Assembly (NCBI RefSeq): GCF_009914755.1
Contig: NC_060934.1
Direction: 5' to 3' (one strand)
Length of the DNA: 64,000 nucleotides
DNA from: the human T2T-CHM13v2.0 reference genome, Homo sapiens
The translations under genes were made by a program, and so were the position numbers. The notes under the pieces were generated by a model. That model worked only from the letters and a program-made list of their open reading frames with translations, did no database searches and was not told the origin of the DNA. Of the stretch, positions 25,493 through 37,300 are shown piece by piece (positions within the stretch are counted from its first letter, which is position 1; each line of letters begins with the position of its first letter).

Positions 25493-27509
25493 TAGGCTTT
25501 GCTGTTATCCTCATTTAGCAGATGAAGAAACTCAGACTTGGAAAGATTAAGTCATGTATTATCCCATGGCAATAAGCAACAGAACTATGACTTGCCCTTA
25601 GATCTGCAAGAGCTTACTCTTGGCATATAGCCCACATCTAGCAGGGGCTCAAAAAAGGTATGTTGAACTGGACACAATGTGCTTCACCAGCTCTCAGCTG
25701 GGTGACCCCTTTGTAGAGATGCTGAATATCTTCCCTGAATATGGTATTGTCTCCCTTGAGGATGCCAATTCTTCAAATGGCTTGACAAACTCACGTGGGT
25801 GTGCCAGAAGGCTAGCTGCTCAGACCTCCCCATGGAGGTGTAAATATTTTAGTCAGTGGCAGGAATAGTACTATGAATAGTCTTATACCCATGAATAATG
25901 CAATCCCCTTCCTTTTCTCAACCAAATGACTTTAGGACATATGGGGCCGAGAACATGATGCAGATATGAGGCTGGATTATGTACATCATTAGCCCACCTC
26001 CTATGGTGATGGAATTTGTCACCCCCACAAGCGCTTTTCCATTTGCTTTCAGAGGCTCATCCTTGGTCTTACATGATGGATTTGCTTTTCAGTTATGGAG
26101 GACAGTGCCCTGGACTGGGCATACTTCTCAGGGTAAACCTTGTTTCTTAATGTGACTTCTTTTAATGTTTTTACATTGGAAGGGGGCCAGGGCTGGATTT
26201 TTTTTCTTTCAGGGACCACAGGTTCTGACTTCAGGAGCCCAAGGAGAGCTCCTCCTGCCAGCAGCAGTATTGTTCTTGGCCAAATTTGGGTCTAGTGGAG
26301 AGTTTGAGAGAAGTTTGCAGAATGGATGGGGCAGAACATGGGGGCCCAAGGCCCTTAGTACAGAGTGTTGGGGCTGGTAGCTGAGTAATGAAAAGGCATA
26401 GGTGGTGAGATGGGAAGCCAACTCCTTATTTTTATAATTAAAAAGTATATAATTTAAAATTATAAAAGTATGCTTATTTTTACCTATCTTGACTCTCCCT
26501 GCCACATCTTTATACTGTGGATTTGATTGCAAAATGTGGCATCTATTAATGTAAGAACCACAATAATATCTTGCACAGATTCCATTCCCACTGATCATCT
26601 GGAATGGTCTTCATGGAAGCCCTGAGGTAAGCAGGGATGGGGTGCTGACCTTGATCCACAGGAGATGAGGATTCTGAGAGTCAGGGAAGTTAGGGGGCTT
26701 GCCCGAGGCTCTGCAGCAAGCAAATAATAGACAAGTGTTCAAAGGGAAGTGCTTGGACTCCCAGTTCAATATTGCTCATTTTTTCTTTAAAAAGGTGAGT
26801 ACAGGTGTGGATGTTCCCCCCTCCCCCAACCCTGCCTCCTGCTTTATGAGCTCTCTGCAACTGGCACCAGGTGCCCACACTAACTCACCTCACCCTCTTT
26901 CCTGTTCTGCCCCCAAGCCTCAGTCTGGGATTTTGAAGCTGTTGTGTTGCCTCCATTCCAGAAAGCTTGGCCCACCAGCCCCAAGATAGCAAGCTTGGTT
27001 GAATCTTCCTCAAGGAGAAACACTTCCCCTCCATGTTCTGATCTGCAGAGTGGTGGATGCTGCTTTTCTGCAGGCACAATGGACAGAAATGTAGGATACT
27101 TGATGAGCACCTCTTGATAAAAGGTAAAATATGTTGGCTGGGTCTACTTTGAATAAGTGTTTCCTAGTGATTCAGAAAAGCAGTGGAGGCTGGAATGCAG
27201 ACATTTAAAGTGTGAGCCATGAGTCAGTTCAGATAGAAGAGGCAGAGACTTGAGGTCATGCGCCAGCATTTAACGTAAAGATGAAATGTTCAGACAACAT
27301 TGTATTAGCTGCTGGGAACAGAGGAAGGGAAAGAAACAAAACAGAAGACAGTGAGGGTGGAAAAAGGATCTACTTTAGAGTAGTAAAGACAGGTTTGAAT
27401 TGAGGCTCTGCTCCATACCAGCCATGCCACACAACTCACCTTACCCTGCTCAGGCAGGTTCATCCTTATTTTATAAATAATTGTTATGAAGATTGCTTCG
27501 TTCACCCCA

Positions 27510-28045
27510 CCAATATATTTTCTATTATGTGCCAGGCTCTGCTTCAGGAAGTGGGGGACAAAGACAAAGAATCCCTTTTAAGGAGTTTGCATTCTCAGCG
27601 AAAGTAGAAAGACTAAAGAATTAAATAAGAAACTATCAGACACTGATGGGATAGAAAATTTAAAAGACTGGTGTGATAAGGAATGCCTGGGAAGAGGCTG
27701 GGTATGTTAAGTCAGGAAAGGCTTCTCTGAAGAGTCGAGAATCGAGAAGCTTCCATCCATGCTAAGATCTATGGAGGAAGTCTTTTGGCAGAGTCAACAG
27801 CGAATTCAAAGGCCCTGGGGCTCCACAGTGAGAGGGTGGATGTGCAGGAGCAGGGCATTGGGGCAATGAGGCCAAAGCAAAAGGCCTGGACTTGATTCCA
27901 AGTGGAGTGAGGGCTAGTGGAGGGCTTTGACCAGGACTGTAACCTGATCTGATTTGTATTTTAAAAAAGATATGCGTGGAGAACAGATCAGAAGGGGCTG
28001 AAGCCAGATGCCAGACTGGGAGGCAATGCTGCAACCAAGCCAGTT
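27510..28045 (-). mobile_element. L2 fragment
   Basis: ATTATGTGCCAGG...GTCAGGAAAGGCTTCTCTGAAGAG...TGATCTGATTTGTATTTTAAAAAAGAT. Confidence 0.78.
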
Positions 28046-28399
28046 GAGATTTCAGTGCCCCAGCATTTTTAGCGACTGAAATAATGAAAATATAGCCTCA
28101 AAGCTTATGTTTAATCATGAAGCCACATTATTCCCTTTGAAATATAGATTGAAGAAGCTGTCTTTACCCTAAGCTTCTCTATGTGGCAATGAGACAAAAT
28201 CAACTCCTTGGAAGTCTGTCATGCCAAATATCAGTTTCCAGCCCAAGTTGAGGTTTGAGGGGAGTGGGTAGGCAAGTGGTGGATAGCTGGAAAAACACTT
28301 GAGGCAGTTTTGACATGACTTTATTCTCTCTCTGGTAGCAAGCTGTATGTACAGCATGAGCAGGGTAGTTATGCCTTTTACAGACAATAGTGGCTCTGA

Positions 28400-28670
28400 G
28401 CCAAGCACGAGCTTACGTGAGTGGTTAATGTACCTCATGTGGTGTGGTTACATAATGTGTGGGGTTGTGGGCCTGTGCTCCAAACCCGCTGAGTCATGCT
28501 GCCCCTGGAAGGCCACCTCGGCCTACTCCTGACAAAAGCACAGCCATTTTCCTTATGGAGTCCAACTCCCAAAGCTTAGAAATAACTGGGAAGACAGGCT
28601 GCCTTGGGGCTTACTCCCATAGATCAGGTCAGAGCCAGTATCTACCTCACCAGGTGAGTCACCCAGGGGC
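28400..28670. promoter_or_regulatory. Candidate enhancer (ARE/AP-1, RUNX, PAR/CEBP and HRE motif cluster)
   Basis: TACGTG 28414, TGTGGT at 28438 and 28443, TTACATAA 28448, GCTGAGTCAT 28488, TGAGTCA 28655 in non-repeat DNA; motif evidence only. Confidence 0.4.
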
Positions 28671-31017
28671 GACAGGTTCATATGAAGAAGGCAGGCAGGG
28701 CTCACTATCTCCTAGAACTCATCAGGGGATTGGCACCTGCAGCCTGGGTGTTTATATTTGAATTACATTTGATAGCATGTTGAATTGGTGACTAATTGCA
28801 GCATTCCCAAACAAGGTACTTTAATTACAGCTTCTTTAATTCCAGTGAGAGCTCCACTTGGAAAACAGAGTGATGAGGAGGATTCAGATCTGCTTACTCT
28901 GATCCGTAAGTGTGAGTTGAAAAATGAATGACCGGGAAAGTCTGTGGCTTACTCAGTGAGCTCCTGAAAAGACACTGCTTTGTAACTCTGCTAGAGATGC
29001 CTCCCAAGGGAAGGGGCCAATTACAATCATTGCAGCCTCATTCTAGAAAGTTGGTGACCAGTGCACATATGGGTGTGCTGGAAGGTCAATGCTGGTTTGG
29101 TCTCAGCCTCCCCTCCTAGCTGGGAACAGTTGTCCAGATGTCATGTGTATCTCTGGAGGGACTTGCTCAGTTAGCTTGAAAAAACAGACTCACTAATTGT
29201 GCTGCCCTCTGTTGTAAATCATGGACTGATCTCCTTCACCTCTTGAGCTGTAAAATTCAATTCAGAGCTTTGAATAGGCTTCTGATAGAGTCTTCCTAGT
29301 TTTAACAGATCCTTTGACAGGTTTTCTGTATTTATTTAATGGGACTCTTGTCCCCTTGCTGCTAGACTACACATGTGGCCCAGAAAACTGGGTCAGTTTC
29401 ACAGGTAAAGTTTAAATATTGCCAAATAGCTTATTTAAATCACTTTTACGTCTTTTTATTAGATGAATCCACATTCATCTGCCCACCAGGCCATGAATTT
29501 TAGCCACATTATTATTTTCCACAGTGGCCTTAAGACTGGGAATCAGTTACTTTTATATTTCCATAGAAGATAATAAGTCTTTCCACAGCCCTGGGTCTTT
29601 CTCATCTTCTGTCTCTTTCAATGCAATATTTTCTCCAAAGCAGAATGGCTTTAGAGTTCTCTTGGGACTTTTATACCTGTCATTCTGATTATAATAACAA
29701 TGATGAGAAAGCCTTACCTGCAACGCCTGACACTTTCATATAAGTGATCTCACTCGATCCTTACAGCCAGCTCTGAAAGGAAGACAAGGTAGCTATTGAT
29801 ACTCCTATATCCTCTCTGAGCCCAGAGGAATGATATCATGGCCACGTCTTCCAGTTGAGACAAGGTCTGCATTAGCTGATGCCATCCCCTGCTGCTTTTC
29901 TGTGATGCCTGTCAACAAGCCTTGTTTTGCCAATATTACATGGTTTCTTAGCAGCCCTCAGTGTGTGCCTCATGTCAATGTCCAGAGCAGCCCTCCAGGT
30001 GATTCTCAGTGTGTATATTGGGTTAGGACTTAGACCAAGTCAAATAGGCAAATGTCCATGAAGTGCCAATGTGTACGTAAGCTCTATGAGGCATTCATGG
30101 CACAGATAGGTGCTGAGAGAGTGAAGTCAAGTAGAAAGTAAACTACCTATCGTTTTAGATTCCAGACAGATCTAATTCAAATCACACTCTTCCTGGGTCT
30201 TTGAATAAGTTACATACACATTCAGAACCTTATGATTAAATGAGATAATATAAAATGACCAGCACTTTGAAAGAGTTACATTAATAGTGGTAGTGTTTTG
30301 TGCACATCATCTCTATAATCCTTACAACACTCCTTATGAGGTAGGTACTATTCTTATCCTCATTTTATAGACTGACAAACTGAGGCACATATAGATTGGT
30401 AAGCTTAGGTTATTGGCCAACAGTTACACTGCTGCATTTTGTATTCAGGTCTTTCTGGTTCTAAACACAGCTATTGTTCTTAAAATGAGATGACCCCAAG
30501 GAAGGGCCTGATGCCCCTTATCTGCTTTCTGTGTACCTGCCCAGTGCCAGGATAGCTAGAGACAGAGAAACAACTAAATAAACAAAAAGGCCACTACCAA
30601 GGGGCAGAGACAGCCCATCCCCAAATGAGCTACCAACCCCTGGGTTAATGTTATTTAACTGCACATTTTACATGCTTTTTTATTAGCCTTAATAACCACC
30701 ACTTTGTTGTGCCCTTGAGTGCCCAGAAGGGCTATTGCAGTGACTGGAAAACAGTAAAAGCTCCTCTCACTAGCTTCACTAGCTTCCCTCTGGCTGATAA
30801 CTGATGGGGATTGTGAACCTTCCTCTTCCTTTCTGTGCTGAAGCTGCTGTGCTGGACTGAAAAGTCCTACTTGCTCCTGCTCATTTCCCACCATGGCAGG
30901 GAGGCTGCCCCCGCTGCTGTGCAGGCCGCACCTTGATTCAGAGCTGAGTAGGGCACTATGCGTTGGAAGGGGTAGAAAAGATCACGCCATAGGCTCTGAA
31001 GCAAGCCTTTAATCCCT

Positions 31018-31195
31018 TGCTATTCAAACTGTAGTCTGTGGACCAGCAGCATAGACCATGGAAGCTTATCAAAAAATGCAGAATCTCAGGCCCCTCTCTA
31101 GAACTACTGACTTAGATGCTGCCTTTTAACAAGATTCCTTCCTGGTATGATTCCTGTGTCCATGAAAGCTTGGGAAGCACTGAAGAACATTGCTC
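31018..31195. mobile_element. MER5A
   Basis: TGCTATTCAAACTGTAGTCTGTGGACCAGCAGCA...AATGCAGAATCTCAGGCCCC...TTTTAACAAGAT. Confidence 0.85.
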
Positions 31196-31416
31196 TAACA
31201 CTGGAAATACCCCATACACTTGCATGGGAGCTTTGGAGAACTTCGAATGCCACATGGGGAAAATTTGACTCTAAAAATAATGCAGTAGGAATAGTGAATA
31301 TCAAAAAGTCTTCCCTCCTTAATGCTTCATAATCTACAAAGTGCTTTGGTGGATGCAGGGCTGGTTCTCTAAGTGCAGCTCCAACCTATCCCACCTCTAT
31401 TTGTCTGGATAACTTA

Positions 31417-31723
31417 TTTTTTTTTAGGGGGGGTGGGGGTGGGGAGAAAAGGCCTGGCTTTGTCACCCAGGCTAGAGTGCAGTGGTGCAATCATAGTTCT
31501 CTACAGACTAGAACTGGGCTTATGTGATCCTCTCACCTCAGGCTCCTGAGTAGTTGGGGCTACAGGCATGCACCACTGTGCCTGGATATTCTTATTTTTA
31601 GTTTTGTAGATACAGGGTCTTGCTATGTTGCTCAGGCTGGTCTCGACTCCTAGCTTCAAGCAGTCTTCCCATCTTGGTCTCCCAATGTGCTGGAATTACA
31701 AGTGTGAGCCAGCATGCCTGGCC
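31417..31723 (-). mobile_element. AluJ with a G-run next to its tail
   Basis: Diverged dimeric Alu ending GTGAGCCAGCATGCCTGGCC. Confidence 0.9.
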
Positions 31724-31744
31724 TAATGATCTCTGTTTTAAAAA

Positions 31745-31970
31745 GAAAACAGATGTGTTTGAGTCCTGGCTCTGCCATTCGCCAGTTGAATAACTTTATG
31801 TAAGTTCTTTATCCCTCTAAGTCTCAGGATTCTCATCTGTAAAATGGGGGTGGTGATACATATGTAAATTTCTTTGCAGAACTATTGTTAGGATGAAAGG
31901 GGCTTATACAAATAGGACACTTGGTTCAATACCTGGCCACTGGCAAATCCTCAGTAAGTGGCAGTTGCGT
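31745..31970 (+). mobile_element. MIR
   Basis: TTTGAGTCCTGGCTCTGCCA...CTCATCTGTAAAATGGGG. Confidence 0.85.
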
Positions 31971-32519
31971 GGTTTTGTTTCTCTTGCTGCTCTTAGTGAA
32001 ATTTCCTACTTGACTGAGCTTCACAGGGCAAAAGCTGAGATTGTCCTTTGACTGTCTAGTACACGGTAGGTTTATAAATTTGTGGAATGAATGCTTGATC
32101 TTCCCAACAGCTAACAAGATAAGTCAGGTAATATTTTCCCCATGATATGATTTAATAATCACAAGAACCGTGGGAGGTAGACTGTATTTCCCCAAGTTAG
32201 TTTATAGATGGTGGTAGAGGCTCTCTGAGTTGGTAGAAAATTCACCCAGGTCACACAGTTTGTTACTGATCTGATGCAGGCCCATTTCTCCCCCTGCTAA
32301 TCTAATGCCCTCTTTGTTTCACCTTACCACTTTCTCTCAGGCTCATTTCATCTTAAATGTGTACCTTCGCAGGGTTTAGGGTTTAACAGGTGTCATTGGT
32401 AGAAAAGAGGAGATTCTTATTGTTTTCTTTGTTAACTGACTAGCAGCTGACTAGAGGAAAGAAATTTCTTGGCATCTACCCTAAGTCCAGCCTACTGCCC
32501 TGGAAACTCATCCCTCCAG

Positions 32520-33020
32520 AATAGTGTTTCCCACATTCCAGTCTTTGACCAACTGCTTCTACTCTTCTGGGCCTGTCTGCACACTAGCCATGCTATTTAT
32601 TTTCTATTTTATCACATCAGCTCATTTTTATTAAACAAATATGTTTAAAGTGAAACTACACTATTGCCATAAATGGAAATATCGAATCACTTTCCAATAG
32701 TAAAGAATAACAATAAACAAGTACAATGAAACGAAAACATTCTTTTTCTATGTAGGCGGATATGGTTGCCTTCAGCAGGCTATGTGCTGGGGGCCTTTCT
32801 CTTCTTCCAAATTGAGATTAACAATAATGGTTAGTGCTAGCATGTCTTTGACATTTTTTTTTTGACATAATCAGAAGTATTGGGAAACAAAGGGAGAAAA
32901 GCAATAAAAAGAAAATGCACTTGCCATCATATGAGGCGATGCTATTTAATGTTCTTTGAGTGCCAAGAAAATTATTTCATAAGACCCCAGGGGCTCCATT
33001 TCCTGAGAAACCGTATTGTA
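32520..33020. mobile_element. hAT-Charlie-like DNA transposon relic
   Basis: TAGTGTTTCCCA start, TGAGAAAC near the end, AT-rich interior. Confidence 0.45.
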
Positions 33021-33084
33021 GTATGTACTATGCCATCAGATGCTATTGGATAAGATGGGCATGTCTTTATTCCCCAATTTGTCT

Positions 33085-33342
33085 AGCGTAGAAGTAATGG
33101 AACTTGGATACTGGAGCAAACTGCATGGGTTTGAATCCCAGCTCTGATAATTACTAACCATTGACCTGGGAAAAGTTACTTTACCATTTTTGCCTCCATT
33201 TTCTCATCTGTAAAGAGAGTGTACTAACAGTAACTATCTATATAGTTGTTGTCAGGATTAAATACATGGTGAGTCTCACAGAATAGTGAAACTCAGCAAG
33301 TGCTTGGCACACCGCTTGTGCCATATAAATGCTGGATGTTTA
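33085..33342 (+). mobile_element. MIR
   Basis: GGGTTTGAATCCCAGCTCTG...TTTTCTCATCTGTAAA. Confidence 0.88.
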
Positions 33343-33367
33343 GCTGCTGCTGCTGCTGCTGCTGCTG
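33343..33367 (+). repeat. (CTG)8 trinucleotide repeat at the MIR tail
   Basis: Seen directly. Confidence 0.95.
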
Positions 33368-33689
33368 TTTCAAAATGCTGAGGCCAGAATACGACAAGTC
33401 CTTGTCTATGATTCAGGTACTAACTCTTTGCCTGTTTGAGGAATATAGGACTCTACCCTTTCTGAGTCTACAGACTAAGTAATCCTTGATGCTGGAGTGT
33501 CATCTGAAAGGAAGAACAGGGGAGCTGCAACAGAAAGGCCCCAAAGAATCTGGGCATCTCTCAGCAGGAAGCTGGCATGTGTTTGGCTCCTGTTGTGTAA
33601 CAGGCACTTTGACATGCCATCTCTATACTTTCTGCCATTAACCTGTTGTTTGTGCTATTTTCTAAATATTTCCTCTTCTCTGCCTTCCA

Positions 33690-34300
<611 letters not shown>

Positions 34301-34334
34301 AAAACCCTAGGTGCAGATATACACCCAAATTTTT

Positions 34335-37300
34335 TTTTGTTTTAATTAATTTTTTCAAAATTTTTAATTTTTGTGGGTGCATAGTAGGTGTATATATTTA
34401 TGGGGTACATGAGATGTTTTGATACAGGCATGCAATGTGAAATGAGCACATCATGAAGAATGGGGTATCCATTCCCCCCAAGCACTGATCCTTAGAGTTA
34501 CAAATAATTCAATTATACTCTTTAAGTAAGTTATTTTAAAATGTACAATTAAGTTATTATTGACTATAGTCACCCAGTTGTGCTATCAAATAGTGGGTCT
34601 TATTCATTCTTTCTATTTTTTGTACCCATTAACCATCCCCATCTTCCCTGCAAACCCCCACTACACTTCCCAGCCTCTGTTACAATCCTTCGACTCTCTA
34701 TGCCCATGAGTTCAACTGCTTTGATTTTTAGATCCCACAATTAAGTGAGAACATGTGATATTTGTCTTTCTGTACCTGGCTTATTTTACTTAGTGATATG
34801 GTTTACCTGTGCCCCCACCCAAATTTCATCTCAAATTGTAAGCCAAACTGTAATCTCCATGTGTCAAGGAGGGGACCTCGTGGGAGGTGATTGGATCATG
34901 GGGGTGGTTTTCCCCATGCTGTTTTCATGACAGTGAGTTCTCATGAGATCTGGTTGTTTAATAAGTGTCTGGCCCATCCTCCTCCCCTCTCTCTGTCTCC
35001 TGCTGCCATGTAAAATGTGCTTGCTTCCCCTTTACCTTCTGCTATGATTGTAAGTTTCCTGAGGCCTCTTCAGCCATGTGGATCTGAGAGCCCATTAAAC
35101 CTCTTTTGTTTATAAATTACCCCATCTCAGATAGTGTCATTATAGCAGTGTGAAAATGGACTAATACAGGAAATTGGCACCATTAGTGGGGTACTGCTGT
35201 AAAGATACTTGAAAATGTGGAAACAACTTTGGAACTGGGTAAGTGCCAGAGTGTGGAACAGTTTGGAGGGCTCAGAAGAAGACTGGAAGATGTAGGAAAC
35301 TTTGAAACTTCCCAGAGGCTTTTTGAATAGTTTTGACCAAAATGCTGATAGTGATACGGACAATGAAATCCAGGCTGAGGTGGTCTCACATGGAGAGGAG
35401 GAACTTATTGGGAACTGGAGCAAAGGTCACTCTTGCTCTGCTTTAGCAGAGAGACTGATGGCACTTTGCCTCTGCTCTAGAGATCTGTGGAACTTTAAAT
35501 TTGAGATAGATGATTTAGGGTTTCTGGCAGAAGAAATTTCTAAGGAACAAAGCATTCAAGACGTGACCTGGTTTTTCCTGAAAGTATACAGTTATATGCA
35601 CTTACAGACATTTAAAATTGGAACTTATATTTAAAGGGGAAGCAGAGCATAAAATTCTGGGAAAATTGCAGCCTGTGTATGTGGTAGAAAAGAAAAACCC
35701 ATTATCTGGGGAGAAATTCAAGCTAGCTGCAGAAATTCACAAAAGTAATGAGGAACTGAATGTTAATTGCCAAGACAATGGAGAAAACGTCCCCAGGGCA
35801 TGTCAGAGATCTTCAAGGTAGCCCCTCCCATCACAGGCCCAGAGGTCTAGGAGGAAAAAATGGTTTCATGGACCAGGCCCAGGGCCCTTCTCCTCTGTGC
35901 AGCCTTGGAACTTGGTGTCCTCTGCCCTAGCTGCTCCAGCTCTAGTCAGGGCAAAAAGGTGTCATGGTACAGCTCAGACTGTAGCTTCAGAGGGTGTAAG
36001 CCTGAAGCCTTGGTGGCTTCCACGTGGTGTTGGGCCTGTGGATATGCAGAAGGCAAGAGCTGACCTTTGGGAACCTCTGCCTAGATTTCAGAAGATGTGT
36101 GGAAATGTCTGGATGTCTAGGCAGAAGTCTACTGCAGGGGTGGAGCCCTTATACAGAGCCTCTACTTAAACAGTATGAAAGGGAAATGTGGGTTTGGAGG
36201 CCCCATACGGAGTCCCCACTGGAGCACTGCCTAGTGGAGCTGTGTGAAGAGGGCCAACATCCTTCAGACCCCAGAATGGTAGATCCACCGACAGCTTGCA
36301 CCTGGAAAAGCCACAGGCACTCAACGCCAGCCTGTGAAAGCAGCCACAGGGGCTATGCCCTGCAGAGCCATAGGGGCAGAGCTGCCCAAAGCCTTGGGAG
36401 TCTCCCCTTCCATCAGCATTCCCTGGATGTGAGACGTGAAGTCAAAGGAGACCATTTCAAAGCTTTAAGATTTAATCACCTGCTGGGTTTGGATTTGCAT
36501 GGGGCAAGTTTTTGCCAATTTCTCCCATTTTGAATAGGAACATTTCCCCAATGCCTGTGCCCCCATTGTATCTTGGAAGTAACTAACTTGCTTTTGATTT
36601 TTTAAGGGGGAAGGGATATGCCTTGTCTCAGACGAGACTTTGGACTTGGACTTTTGTGTTAATGCTGGAATGAGTTAAGATTTTGGGGGACTGTTGAGAA
36701 GGTATAATTGCATTTTGAAATGTGAGAAGGACATGAGATTTGAGAGGGATCACGGGCAGAATAATATGGTTTGGCTGTGTCCCCACCCAAATCTCATCTT
36801 GAATTGTAAGACAAATTGTAATCCCCATGTGTCAAGGAAGGGACCTTGTGGAAGGTGATTGGATCATGGGAGTGGTTTCCTGCATGCTGTTCTCATGACA
36901 GTGAGTGAGTTCTCACTCACAGATAGAAATGCTACTGATTTTTGTATGTTGCAACTTTACTAAGTTTGTTTAGCAGTTCTAATAGTTTTCCTGTGTAGTA
37001 TTTAGGTTTTTCTAAATATAAGATCATATCATCTGTAAAAAAAATAATTTGACTTCTTTTCCCATTTGGATGCCTTTGATATCTTTCTGTTGTCTGATTG
37101 CAATGGCTAGGGCTTCCAGTACTATGTTAAATAACAGTGGTGACAATGGGCAGTGTTGTCACATTCCAGATCTTAGAGGAAAGACTTTCAGTTTTTTCCC
37201 ATTCAGTATGACACTAGCTGTGGGTCTGTCATATATGGCTTTTATTATGTTGTGGTATGTTCCTTCTATTCCCAGTTTTTTGAGGGTTTTTGTCATGAAG

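Noticed and set aside
26600-26810. Isolated splice-donor-like sites (GAG|GTAAGC, AAG|GTGAGT)
   Set aside because: No supportable exon chain or coding frame without transcript data
35127-36533. Paralogous ORFs shared with 8343-9658 (for example 169 aa at 36024)
   Set aside because: Degenerate THE1-internal frames; the similarity reflects the two MaLR copies
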